In this document: in pieces, positions 51,036 through 63,040 of the stretch
Position numbering within the stretch: position 1 is the stretch's first letter
Layout: each line of letters begins with the position of its first letter
NCBI GenBank assembly: GCA_965113315.1
Contig: OZ220363.1
Length of the DNA stretch: 64,000 nucleotides
Source: Podarcis vaucheri
Lineage: Eukaryota
Reading direction: 5' to 3' (one strand)
Translations under genes and position numbers: made by a program
The notes under the pieces: model-generated
The model's input: the letters and a program-made list of their open reading frames with translations, nothing else
Databases searched by the model: none
Told to the model about the DNA's origin: nothing

Positions 51036-51320
51036 CTGTAAGGAAGAATAACATGTTTACTTCATTGTTATCCATGCCTGCATCCTTCATGTCCACACAC
51101 ATATATAATTTTACATAACTGACTGAGGTGCAACAACTTGACTGTGCTGCACTTAAACCAAAACCTCCAGGGCAACTCTAGCCTACTGAGCCTCAACAAA
51201 CCCTAACCATCTGGTGACTATGGGGCCCACATCCCTTGCAACAACCATGGACGTTGGCTGAAATATTTGCAGTCTCCCTTGGTATGGAGGAACTCCTTTG
51301 TTTATCCAAATGGCACTCAC

Positions 51321-51425
51321 CTGACTATAGTTTAGCTTGTTGAATTTTGACAGCATGATTTCAGGTGTATCAGGCATCACGTGGATCGTAACCTTGTCTT
51401 TATCCCAAGCTTCCGTATACAAACG
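51321..51425 (-). CDS. NEB: Nebulin super-repeat exon, 105 nt
   Basis: [35 protein letters not shown]. Confidence 0.95.
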
Positions 51426-52135
51426 CTGTGGAAGAACATAAGCACAAGAGACAGTGGTTATAAGGACAATCGTTCAGTAATCCTAGGGCTTTTTTGTTTT
51501 TTTAAGTGAGGGCCTCCTATGAAAATTGCATTAAAATAGCCTGCAGAGGCAGAACTCCGCTACCTCGAACTGTGGTGCTGTAGGTAGAGTGTTGGACTAA
51601 GACTGGGTGGAGTTCAAATCTTCAATCAGCCGTGCAGCTGACTAGGTGATCTTAGACCACTAACGATCTCTCAGCTTATATCTACCTCACAGGTTCCATA
51701 TGAGAATAAATGTATTATTTGTTCATATTTAAGTCTACCTGATGCAAATGGCGCAATGTTCTTCCAATTCATGAACTTTGCAATAAAATAACTGACAAAA
51801 ATGTCTAAGATACATGAAGTGAAATGTTTTGCTTTCAGAGAAATGTACAGTGGTCACAACCATGTTACTTGTTGACTACCCACCTATATGCCAATACAGC
51901 TTTAAAAGAAATGTTAACTGTATGTCATATTTCAAATATGTAATGTAAACTCTGACCAAAGCTGGTTACTTTTAAATCCCCTTAAGTTAAAAGGCAAAAG
52001 TTAAACAAGGTACAAAAAGCTCCCCAACGTAAATCAGTGAAAATGGAAAAACGTTGGATCACTAGTGCCCTGTAATTAGACCCTACAACATTTGTACCAC
52101 AGTACTAGTTTCTCAACTGCCCGGCTCAGATTCAC

Positions 52136-52339
52136 CTTGTTCATTGTTTCTGCATTATGCTTGGCCAACTCCATTTCAAGAGAATCTGTCACACTGGTGA
52201 ATTTGAATTTGTCTGGTGGCTGACGATACTGCTTTTCACTTAGGATCTCTCCAGCCTTCTTGGCTTTTTCCACATCCAGTGAACCAATAGGGACCCAGCC
52301 AATGCCTTTCATCCACTCAAGGTCTGCTTTGTAGGCATT
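52136..52339 (-). CDS. NEB: Nebulin super-repeat exon, 204 nt, WMKGIGW
   Basis: [23 protein letters not shown]...[11 protein letters not shown]. Confidence 0.95.
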
Positions 52340-52886
52340 CTGTGAATAAGAAATTCAAAGAATCATTAATAAAAGCAAAAGCTATAGAGGACTCTTGCTT
52401 GGGGGAGGGGGTGCCGTCTGATTAGGATGACAGAAAGAGAGAGAAAAAATATGTAACACACACACATACACACACACCATAATGAGGTGCTGGTACTCAT
52501 GCTCGAATAAAAGTGCCACAAGTGTCAGGATAACATGGCTGCTATGGGCATGGGGAGGATGTTGGGATTTCAGTCTCACATCACTGATGTAACATGATAG
52601 TCATGTTGACATTCCTGTACTGTTGTGTACTGTTATGCCTGAGAACGGAAGTGAGCATCTGTAACTTCCGCTGATTGTTCTCTCTCTGCTCTCGCAACAG
52701 AGACGTGTGTGAGGCACTCAGCTCACACTAGCTATGCTTTGTTGTTTTAATTCGCTGTAAATAATACAAGAAATTCAGAGTGCTACATATCTGACAGTCT
52801 GCTTCCTGCTGATACTCTGGTGCAGCCCCAGGAGGGGTTTTTCTACCTTCTCCTCACAGGGGGTCTGCCGATAGGAAGGGGTCAGT

Positions 52887-53214
52887 CAGGGGTCAGCAAA
52901 CTTTTTCAGCAGGGGGCTGGTCCACTGTCCCTCAGACCTTGCGGGGGGGGGGGGTTGGACTATATTTTGGGGAAAAAATATGAACGAATTCCTATGCCCC
53001 ACAAACAACCCAGAGATGTAATTTAAATAAAAGCACACATTCTACTTATGTAAAAATACCAGGCAGGCCCCACAAATAACCGAGAGATCTATTTTAAACA
53101 AAAGGACACATTCTACTCATGTAAAAACACACTGATTCCTGGACCATCCACGGGCCGGATTTAGAAGGTGATTGGGCCGGATCCAGCCGCCAGGCCTTAG
53201 TTTGCCTACCCATG
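52887..53214. mobile_element. hAT-type MITE (reverse-orientation relative of 3844-4163)
   Basis: TSD gggtcagt/gtgtcagt (7/8 match); internal sequence is the reverse complement of 3844-4163. Confidence 0.85.
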
Positions 53215-53485
53215 GTGTCAGTCCTCTGTACCAGTGACCACTGCCACCATGTTTGCTTTTTGTTACTTCACATTGTGCAACTGCAACACTTGAAAGTTGT
53301 CTGGAATTAGAGGTGGGTTAGGAGAAAAGAGCCAAGATTGATGGAGCAGGCTGGGGGAAGGAAGGAATCAGTTCTACACTCCCTTGTATCCCACCATTTG
53401 ACACACACACACACACCCCTCCCCCCCCCCCCGATTTTATGCCTTATATTATGTTTAGTTGTGCCCAAACATAAATAGTACTCAC

Positions 53486-53797
53486 ATCACTCTGGAGATC
53501 ATAGGCCTTTCTAGCCTGGATGACGTCATTCTGATCTGGAAGGCAGGTCCACTGGTGCAGATAATGACGGTAATCGATATCACTGACCAACTTCTGGCAA
53601 TTCTTAGCGTGCAACACTTCCAGCATGTCCACAGGGCTAATATACTTAGTCTTCCATTTCTCAAAGTCCTTCTTATACTCCCTCTCACTCTGCATTTTGG
53701 CTACATTCATAGAATGCACAAGTTTCGGGTCATCTTGCACACTGCGTGCTCCAATATGGTGGCCAAGCTGCTTGCGATAGCCTTCTTTGTATTTGTA
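53486..53797 (-). CDS. NEB: Nebulin super-repeat exon, 312 nt
   Basis: Protein identical to exon 49379-49690. Confidence 0.95.
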
Positions 53798-54196
53798 CTG
53801 AAATAGATATACACGTGTAAACCGTCTACCCATAAGATTATTCATCAGATAGCTGCATTGGAAAATCCCACATTCTGAGAGGATTGTGACAGTATTTTCC
53901 CCATTTAGATAGCATCTTTCTTCCTTATCTTTTTGCCACTTCATTTTCCTAATTCCTCATACAGATTCTCTAATAATCTTTAAAGATTTGTTTCCTTTAG
54001 GAAGGTATTTTTTATTATTATTCATGAATCTATTAAAAATGGACCAGTCATTCTGTTTTGTGTTGTTTTCAGAAGGGGCAGCTTTAAAGAAAAACCACAG
54101 AAAAAAAGAAAACAAATGCGAGCATTAGCCAAATCTAAGTGTAAGCTTGAATGACAAGCCTGGCTTGGATGACAGGCCAAAGTTCCATGCAATTCC

Positions 54197-54555
54197 TGGC
54201 ACTGTGGTCTAAACCACTTAGTCTAGAGCTTGCCAATCAGAAGGTTGACAATTCAAATCCCCGCGACGGGGTGAGCTCCCGTTGCTCTGTCCCAGCTCCT
54301 GCCAACCTAGCAGTTCGAAAGCATGTCAAAGTGCAAGTAGATAAATAGGTACCGCTCCAGCGGGAAGGCAAACAGCGTTTCCGTGCGCTGCTCTGGTTTT
54401 TCCAGAAGTGGCTTAGTCATGCCAGCCATATGACTCGGAAAAACTGTCTGCGGACAAACATCAGCTGCCTCGATCAGTAAAGCGAGATGAGCACCACAAC
54501 CCCAGAGTCATTTGCGACTGGACTTAACGGTCAGCAGTCCTTTACCTTTACCTTT
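54197..54555 (+). mobile_element. Sauria SINE, older copy
   Basis: Reverse complement of 2187-2540 type; ends cctttacctttacctttt. Confidence 0.85.
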
Positions 54556-54985
54556 TAGCTGTCAATAGGTGACTGCTACATACTAGGAATCAAGTGTAAC
54601 GATTTTATTTTAAGGATTCAGGCATGCTTTGGATTCCACCATCACCAGTTTGGGCACTTGTGAAAACTTAACATATTCAATGAATATTCCTATTAATGAT
54701 GATTGACTATATCAATAACATGGGGGGGGGAGCTATTTAGTCATCTAAATCTATTCAAAGCATCACAAGATTAGCTGTATCAGCTGTGATAAATGAGGGA
54801 TTCACATATCACTGCCCTTTCAACAATTCAAACCAGAAAACAAAAACCCACCTATTCACTATCCACTGAGCGATAGAAAAATGATGGGTTTTTTTGAAAA
54901 AAAAAAGTAATAAGGGAAGTGGGTTAGGGAGATGCAATGCCTATTACATGACAGCATCTGACAACTCATGAACAGAACTACTTAC

Positions 54986-55093
54986 TTCACTTGCAATGTC
55001 TCTTGAAGCTTTAGCAGCCTTGATTGGAATTGCATCTACACGAAGATCATAACCCTTTCTCCTGGCCTCTTCCAATGAAAGTTTGTATAATTT
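54986..55093 (-). CDS. NEB: Nebulin super-repeat exon, 108 nt
   Basis: [36 protein letters not shown]. Confidence 0.95.
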
Positions 55094-55191
55094 CTAAAAG
55101 AATGGCAATGATTGGTTTAATGTTTAAAAACAGAGCACTTGTTATTATTCTAAATTGGTTTTCTACCAACGATTTTGAAGACATTACTTAC

Positions 55192-55296
55192 ATCACTATA
55201 GTTGATCTTGTTCTGCTGTGACAATATAATTTCAGGAGTATCTGGCATAATGTGAATGGTGGTTTTATCCTTGTTCCATGCATCTATATACTTGCG
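55192..55296 (-). CDS. NEB: Nebulin super-repeat exon, 105 nt
   Basis: [35 protein letters not shown]. Confidence 0.95.
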
Positions 55297-55735
55297 CTGA
55301 AAAAATAGTAAATAGTAAGGAAAAAAAGTAAATAAATTATTTGATAAAGGTAGCAGCTGCCAAAAATGGTAATTCTTTCATTCATTTGTTTGTTTCTAAA
55401 ATCTCTTAAGAAGCCCTTCACAATCATAAAACTGTTGAAGTTTCCAAATTGCCTCCAAGGGCAGCCCCACATAGAGAACATTGCCGTAATCCAATCTGGA
55501 AGTTACCAGAGCATGGAGTACTGTGGCCAAGTCTTCTCTGTAGTTGGGCCGTAGTTGGCATATCAGCTGTAGATGTAAATGAACTCCTAGGCACTGAGGC
55601 TACTTGGGCCTCCACTGACAGAGATGGGTCCAGAACATCACAATGCTTACACCTGCTCCTTCCAGAGGAACTTTGGATACATAAGACCCCCATCTTTTCC
55701 TGGTTCCACTTCAATTTACTGATCAGCATCTAGTC

Positions 55736-55871
55736 CAGGCATAGGCAAACTCATCCCTCCAGATGTTTTGCGACAACAACTCCCATCATCCCTAGCTAGC
55801 AAGACCAGTGGTCAGGGATGATGGGAATTGTAGTCTCAAAACATCTGGAGGGCCGAGTTTGCCTATGCCTG
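55736..55871. mobile_element. hAT-type MITE
   Basis: 17-bp perfect TIRs caggcataggcaaactc / gagtttgcctatgcctg; perfect 8-bp TSD atctagtc. Confidence 0.92.
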
Positions 55872-56375
55872 ATCTAGTCCATTACCATCTCCAAGCACCA
55901 GGCTAGCACTTCAGTTTCCTCTCGTGCTTCAGATGGAACAGAGAGCAATAGCTTGGTGCCCTCCACATATTATTGGTATTTCACTCCAAATCTCCTTTTG
56001 AGAGGGGTCCCAACTGTTTGCAGATATATATTAATTAACAAGACGGGGGAAATGCTCATGGTACTAAACAAAGCCCATCATATCCACGTTCTGGAAATGG
56101 CTCTGATTCAACCAGTATGAAAATGGTTGCTGAAAGAGTATGAAAATAAGAATGAATGGAATGTGCCTTCTTAGAACAAAAACGAAGCTCTTAATTAGTT
56201 AATTAGGGTCAGATAACAATCATAGAGATAAATAGTTATAATGATAAAATCACTAGGCAAATTCTCAAAGTGATCAGAGCCTGCATATCCCCAGTCACAG
56301 CATTGCTAAACCAGCAAGATTTCTTTATATATTTGTTCATATGAGTTTTAAGGAAGGGGCATGAATGAAACTCAC

Positions 56376-56579
56376 ATGGTCCATAACTTCAGAATTATGC
56401 TTTGCCAAAGCCATAGGCATAGAATCAATGGGACTTGTGAATTTGAATTTGTCAGGATGCTGTCTGTAGATGTAGTCACTCAAGATCTGAGAGGCTCTCT
56501 TGTTCTTCTCAGCTTCCAAGGAACCACTTGGAGTCCAGCCAATGCCCTTTAGCCATTCAAGATCTGCTTTATACATATT
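56376..56579 (-). CDS. NEB: Nebulin super-repeat exon, 204 nt, WLKGIGW
   Basis: [23 protein letters not shown]...LAKHNSEVMDH. Confidence 0.95.
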
Positions 56580-56787
56580 CTGTTTGAAAAGAAACAAGCA
56601 GGGAGGACAATAGATCCATGAAAACCTTCCATTGCAATTGAGGATTTTTGCCTTCATAAATTATAATCCACATCAACTAAAGAGACTATTGTTACACTGT
56701 CAATTTGTGTCAGCACAGATTAAACAAGCAATAACTTTTCAACTTTTTTTTTACTCTTTTAATATATAGTACGCATGCTATCTAAAC

Positions 56788-57090
56788 AGAATGCAGCTAT
56801 TAGGCTGATGAGTGGGGCAGCCCAATCGAACCACCTGCCATCAATCCTGAAGGCACTTCACTGGCTGCCGGTGAGCTGCTGGGCCCAATTCAAAGTGTTT
56901 GTATTAACATACAAAGCCCAAATGGCTTGAGACCCAAGTACCTAAAGGAGCGCTTCCCTGATTTCAACAATCTCAGGTCCTATAACTGGCAGGGGATTCC
57001 CTGCTGTTGCTGCCTTCGGTGGGTGCTAAACTGTTGGTGATGCCCGGTCTCAGGGCTTCCTTGGTAGTGGTTCCCCCTTTGTGGAGCAAA
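56788..57090 (+). mobile_element. L2 LINE ORF2 fragment
   Basis: Degenerate NAAIRLMSG...ILKALHWLPV...QFKVFVLTYKA; truncated at 59686 in block D. Confidence 0.7.
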
Positions 57091-57296
57091 CCTCAGCCAA
57101 AAGCCAAATGTACATCCCACAGAAAGGTGTTCTGGACCTCTGGAGCAGTAATCAATCTTTGTTTCGAGATCCCGTCGCAATTATAATTGCCTGATGTTTA
57201 GAGAATGGCTTTCTTCACACAGAAAATGGTGGTTCAAATCCGCTGGCCCTGGGATAATCTAATGTTTAAAACGCTTTTTCTTATAAAGATACTCAC

Positions 57297-57608
57297 ATCG
57301 CTCTGAAGTTCATATGTTTTCCTGGCATGCACAACATCATTCTGATCTGGCAGGCACGTCCACTGGTGCAAATAATGACGGTAATCGACATCACTGACCA
57401 GTTTCTGGCAATTCTTAGCGTGCAACACTTCCAGCATATCCACAGGGGTGGTATATTTGGTCTTCCATTTCTCAAAGTCTTTCTTATACTCCCTCTCACT
57501 CTGCATTTTGGCTACATTCATAGAATGCACAAGTTTTGGGTCGTCTTGCACACTGCGTGCTCCAATGTGGTGGCCAACTTGCTTGCGGTAGCCTTCTTTG
57601 TATTTGTA
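57297..57608 (-). CDS. NEB: Nebulin super-repeat exon, 312 nt (chimeric)
   Basis: [25 protein letters not shown]...[13 protein letters not shown]. Confidence 0.95.
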
Positions 57609-58159
57609 CTGGAGGGGAAAGAAATATATGTGCATATTATAAATCATCTACCCAGAAGACTGCTTGTTGTCAGGCAGTTTCTCAGTTTCTGTACTTATAC
57701 AGAATATGATTCATGAATCTATTAAAAAACGGACCTGTCATTCTGTGTTTTTTATTTTTTCAGAAAGGGACAGCTTTAAAGAAAAACAACATTTAAAAAA
57801 CATGAGAGCATGAACCAAACCTAGGTGTAGGCTTCCTGGTATATCTGGGTTGGAAGACAGGTAAAGATTCCTATACCCGCTAGCTTACAACATGTGGGTG
57901 CCACATACTGGGAACTTAGTGAAACTATTTTATTGGAAGGACTGAGGGTCATTTTGGATTCTGCCATCAACATCTGCAGGCACCTGCGAAACCTTAATGT
58001 ATTCAATGATTATTCCTATTTATGATAACTGACAATATCGGTAACACAGGGGGACTATTTAGCCTATTTGGGACTATTTACTATTAAGGGAAGTGGTTTG
58101 GGAAAATGCAATGCCTATTACATAACAGCATCTGACAACTCATGAACAGAACTACTTAC

Positions 58160-58267
58160 CTCGCTTGCAATATCTCTTGAAGCTTTAGCGGCCTTGATTG
58201 GAATTGCATCTACACGAAGATCATAACCCTTTCTCCTGGCCTCTTCCAACGAAAGTTTGTATAATTT
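58160..58267 (-). CDS. NEB: Nebulin super-repeat exon, 108 nt
   Basis: [36 protein letters not shown] (same protein as 54986-55093). Confidence 0.95.
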
Positions 58268-58368
58268 CTAAAAGAATGGCAAAGATTGATTATGTGTTTA
58301 AAAACAGGGCACTTGTATTTCTTCTAAACTGGTTCTCTACCAATTTTTTTATTTTTATTTTTACTTAC

Positions 58369-58473
58369 ATCGCTATAGTTGATCTTGTTCTGCTGCGACA
58401 GTATAATTTCAGGAGTATCTGGCATGATATGAATGGTGGTTTTATCCTTGTTCCATGCATCTATATACTTGCG
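58369..58473 (-). CDS. NEB: Nebulin super-repeat exon, 105 nt
   Basis: [35 protein letters not shown] (same protein as 55192-55296). Confidence 0.95.
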
Positions 58474-58596
58474 CTGAAAACAACAACCAGTAAATAAATT
58501 ATTTGACGAAGGCAGCAGCAACCAAGAATGGCAATTTGTTTCCTTCTAAGATTTATCAGAAGTCCTTCAACATAATGTCATAGTCATAAAACAGAT

Positions 58597-58730
58597 AAAA
58601 CAGTTGAAGTTTCCAATTTGTCCTCATGCCCACACAGAGCACATCACAATAATCCAGACTGGAAGTTACCAGAGCATGGAGTATTGGGGTCAGGTCTTCC
58701 ACCATCTCCAAGCACCAGTCAATCTCCTCT
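58597..58730 (-). mobile_element. L2 LINE ORF2 fragment (paralogue at ~55428-55520)
   Basis: LTPILHALVTSSLDYCDVL...WKLQL resembles the L2 HALVTSRLDYCN motif. Confidence 0.7.
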
Positions 58731-59204
58731 GATGCTTCGGATGGAACAGAAAGAGATTGATGGGTACATTCCACATATTAGTGGTATTTCACTTCAAATC
58801 TTCTGGTGACAGGTCTGAAGATTTCAGATAGATATTAAATAACATTGGGGGGGGGGGACGACACTCATGTTCTCAAACAATGCCCTCCCATAACTACTTT
58901 CTGGAAATGGCCCTGATCCAACATTTATGAAAACCAACATTTTGCTACAAAATGGTTGTTGAAAGAGTATGAAAATAAGAATGAATGGAATGTGCCTCCT
59001 TAGCACAAAAATGAAACTCTTAATTAGTTAATTAGGGTCAGATAACAATCATAGAGATAAATAGTTATAATGATAAAATCACTAGGCAAATTCTCAAAGT
59101 GATCAGAGCCTGCATATCCCCAGTCACAGCATTGCTAAACCAGCAAGATTTCTTTATATATTTGTTCATATGAGTTTTAAGGAAGGGGCATGAATGAAAC
59201 TCAC

Positions 59205-59408
59205 ATGGTCCATAACTTCAGAATTATGCTTTGCCAAAGCCATAGGCATAGAGTCAATGGGACTTGTGAATTTGAATTTGTCAGGATGCTGTCTGTAGAT
59301 GTAGTCACTTAAGATCTGGGAGGCTCTCTTATTCTTCTCAGCTTCCAAGGAACCACTTGGAGTCCAGCCAATGCCCTTTAGCCATTCAAGATCTGCTTTA
59401 TACATATT
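59205..59408 (-). CDS. NEB: Nebulin super-repeat exon, 204 nt, WLKGIGW
   Basis: Same protein as 56376-56579. Confidence 0.95.
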
Positions 59409-60000
59409 CTGTTTGAAAAGAAACAAGCAGGGAGGACAATAGTTCCATGAAAACCTTCCATTACAAATGAGCATTTTTGCCATCACAAATTATAATCCAC
59501 ATCAACTATAGAGACTGTTGTTACACTGTCAATTTATGTCAGCACAGATTAAACAAAAGAAACAAACTTTTTCAACTTTTTTTTTACTCTTTTAATATAT
59601 AGTATGCATGCTATCTAAATAGAATGCAGCCATTAGGCTGATGAGCAGGGCAGCCCAATCGAACCATCTGCCATCAATCCTGAAGGGGATGAGTTAGGAC
59701 CACTTTCTTGCTCACCATTAGGTGGGACCTAGGCTTTGGGCTATGACTTGGCATACCCCTTGGAACAGGCAGGTCCCTCAAGGTTGAAGTTAGCTTCCCA
59801 CTCTTCTGACTTATGAATAATATGTTCCCTCATTTGATCCATCACTCCAGTCTCACCTTTTTGTTCTAAGATCCAGGCACAATTATCACTATTTGCTGTT
59901 TAGAGACAGGCTTTTCCCCCATAAGGAATTGTGAATAAAATCCACCAACCCTGGGATAGTCTCATGCTTAAAAGCCTTTAAGAAAAAATAAGATACTTAC

Positions 60001-60312
60001 ATCACTCTGAAGTTCATATGTTTTCCTGGCATGCACAACATCATTCTGATCTGGCAGGCATGTCCATTGGTGCAGATAATGACGGTAATCGACATCGCTG
60101 ACCAGCTTCTGACAATTCTTTGCCAGTAAGACTCCAAGCATATCCACAGGGCTGGTATACCTGGTCTTCGATTTTTCGAAGTCTTTCTTATATTCTCTTT
60201 CGCTCTGCATCTTGGCTACATTCATAGAATGCACAAGTTTCGGGTCATCCTGTATGCTGCGTGCTCCAACATGGTGGCCAAGCTGCTTGCGATATCCAAC
60301 TTTGTACTTGTA
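60001..60312 (-). CDS. NEB: Nebulin super-repeat exon, 312 nt
   Basis: [25 protein letters not shown]...[13 protein letters not shown]. Confidence 0.95.
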
Positions 60313-61102
60313 CTGTGTGAAAAATAAAATTATTTTCACTAACTTCTCATTCTAATTACATTAAGAGGTGCTCGTGTATTTATAAAGGCCTTAGCAAATG
60401 ATCATCCCTCCAAAACTTGATTTCTCAGGACATCCTAACTTATATAATAAGGCGTTTCAGCTCAAATGGTTGGACATGACCAACAGTCATTTAAGAGTTT
60501 ATGGAATCAAAGCAATATAGTGTGATTGTACTACTGTAAAACATTAAGCAGAATTTAACCATCCTTCTGTGTTAAGATTTGCATGTCTGAACCAAAATGG
60601 CAATTCTACCTCGGAAGGTCCTGGGTACATCTGCAGGACCCAAAGTGGACTATTCCAGGGGAGTGTCGGGGACAGGCTTGGATGTGCAGGAACCTAAGCT
60701 GTCATTGTTATCCTGATACACACAAAAAAGGGCCTCTTAGCTACACCAGCCCTGGAGCTAGTAAAGTTAATAGCTTTCCATTATCTGCAACTGGGGGGCG
60801 GGAAGGTAACAAACAAAAGGATGAAAAAGCTGCCAACCCATCCCACTGAGCCAATAAGGCTATGGGTGTGGCAGATCTCCTCCCAGGTATATAAGATTAC
60901 CCCACCCATAAGCAAAATATTTATTAAACCATTAATACAAATAATTTAACATGGAGTTCCTTCTACCAATAGGCCTCCCTTTTTGCCAGCACAGCAGCAC
61001 TTCTGCCTCTTCCTGTTTCTCCTTCAGACTGCCTCAGAGCCAGAGGGAGCTTTGAATTGCTCCCTAATAGGACTTATTTTTTATTTATAAAGGGAATTTA
61101 TC

Positions 61103-61172
61103 ATATCTATATCTATATCTATATCTATATCTATATCTATATCTATATCTATATCTATATCTATATCTATCT
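61103..61172 (+). repeat. (ATATCT)n microsatellite
   Basis: Direct reading. Confidence 0.95.
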
Positions 61173-61581
61173 ATCTATATATATGAATGAGAACGCTGAT
61201 TCAAGATAGCATTCCAATTTATAAAAGAGAAATAAAAGAGAAGCTGAAACCAGGCTTTGATTTACACTCATTTTATATGTGTTCAAAACCTGACACTTTT
61301 CAAATCACAATTAATTCATTTCAGCTATTATAATGATTATACGAAGCACTGCATTTATTTTTGGGAAACTTCGAAACTATTCCCCCCCCCCTTAAGGTTT
61401 AGTTGATAAATATAAAAAAATAAATAAAAGAAAATCAGTGTGTGCGCTTATGTGTAACTAAATGTATATACATATTCACACACATCCCTTAGAAAGTTCA
61501 CAATGTTAACAATGTGCCAAATCAAAGATTTAATAAGCAGAATTGCCACTTTGCTGTTAACCAGCAGAATGAAATACTTAC

Positions 61582-61689
61582 TTCACTGGCAATATCTCGA
61601 GATGCTTTTGCAGCCTTGATTGGTATGGCATCGAGTGGAAGGTCATAGCCTTTCCTTATCAATTCTTCAAATCCTAGCTTGTAGAGTTT
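61582..61689 (-). CDS. NEB: Nebulin super-repeat exon, 108 nt
   Basis: [36 protein letters not shown]. Confidence 0.95.
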
Positions 61690-61788
61690 CTAATGAGAGA
61701 ACCATAAGAAAGTTAATCACTGTGGAAGCCCAGCAAGAAAACAGACAGCTCAAAAACACCCTCTTGTGCTATCCAGCATCAAACTTAC

Positions 61789-61893
61789 ATCGCTCGTGTT
61801 AATTAAGTTGGCTCTGGACAGGATAATTTCGGGAGTGTCAGGCATGATGTGGATCTGAGTCTTGTCCTTATCCCATGCTTCTCTATAAAGTTT
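61789..61893 (-). CDS. NEB: Nebulin super-repeat exon, 105 nt
   Basis: [35 protein letters not shown]. Confidence 0.95.
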
Positions 61894-62150
61894 CTAGAAA
61901 GAATGGAAAGAGAGTGAATCATCATCATCATCATCATGTGCCAGTAAGAATAAATATCAAATTCAGCACAGTACAAAAGTACATCAAGCCAATGTGAAAT
62001 GTTGGGCAGGCCATTGTCCATGTGGAAGGCGTTCCGTGCCACGTTGTGCAAAACCTTGTGAAAGAGACTGTGCAGCACCTTGTGCTAGCAGGTGCAGCGC
62101 AAGGTCTTGTGCTCCCATGCACCTTGATACATTGCTGAATACCTGGTGCA

Positions 62151-62331
62151 CATAGGAGCTAGGGCTGAGGTCCCTTCGTCCGTCCCCCCAATAAAATATT
62201 TGAGGGGGTTAGGGCCCCGAAAGATGATGGGCATTGTCATTCAAATGGTGTGTGCGCACTGTGCCATGTGATTATCAGGGGCTTACCTCCCCCCCCCAAA
62301 AAAAAATATTTTATCCAAATTGGCACCCCTG
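62151..62331. mobile_element. hAT-type MITE
   Basis: Perfect 8-bp TSD ctggtgca; catagg...cccctg ends. Confidence 0.75.
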
Positions 62332-62836
62332 CTGGTGCAAGAGACTGTAAAATGCCTTGTGGGGAGAATTGGAGGAGGAGGGTTGCTCAGTACTTAAACC
62401 AATGTAATTATATCCTCCTTCACAGGATTACAGGCTGGGGGGGGCATCATTTTCCTAAATAAATCCCTAGGCCCAGAAACTGAATTTCCCTTTTTATACC
62501 AAATTCATCAAACTGAAAACAAAAATAAAAATGCACTTATCAAATTTGCTACAGAATCCTATGCATGTTCACCTGAAGCAAATTCCAAGCAAGAAAGGAA
62601 TGCACTCTTTAACTAATTAAGGCTGCAGTCCTGAACATGCTCCCTAGAGAGCCCTGTTAAATACAGTGGGGGCTTGCCTCTGAGTAAACATGCATTGGAT
62701 GTGCTGTAAAGCAGTTAACTATGCTATAGGGCATGACTCATTCACCCACTCCTCCCCACTACCATTCATAACCATTATTCCCGCTGCTGACACCTGCTCC
62801 TCAAGAGCAGCACATCCTTGTGTTGAGAACACTTAC

Positions 62837-63040
62837 ATCGCTCCTATGCTTGGCATTTTCCTTTGCCAAAACCACCTCCATTGAATCAGGGATACTTGTG
62901 AATTTAACGGTGTCTGGAGGCTGGCGATATTTCTTTTCACTCAGAATCTCAGAAGCCTTCTTGTTCTTTTCCGATTCTAGAGATCCGTATGAGTTCCATC
63001 CAATGCCTTTCAGCCACTCAAGATCTGTTTTGTATGCATT
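62837..63040 (-). CDS. NEB: Nebulin super-repeat exon, 204 nt, WLKGIGW
   Basis: [23 protein letters not shown]...[11 protein letters not shown]. Confidence 0.95.

Larger units (their letters stand above)
54020..56853. repeat. Intragenic duplication block C (paralogue of 57710-59686)
   Basis: Three exons with identical protein plus alignable introns. Confidence 0.92.
57710..59686. repeat. Intragenic duplication block D (paralogue of 54020-56853)
   Basis: Aligns with block C; lacks the SINE and MITE inserts of block C. Confidence 0.92.

Noticed and set aside
29363-57716. Recurrent plus-strand ORFs (e.g. 29363-29833, 32710-33111, 38596-38979, 53459-53806, 57327-57716) resembling a repeated membrane-protein family
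   Set aside because: They are antisense shadows of the 312-nt NEB exons; Lys/Glu/Tyr codons read as hydrophobic residues on the other strand. No independent gene structure.
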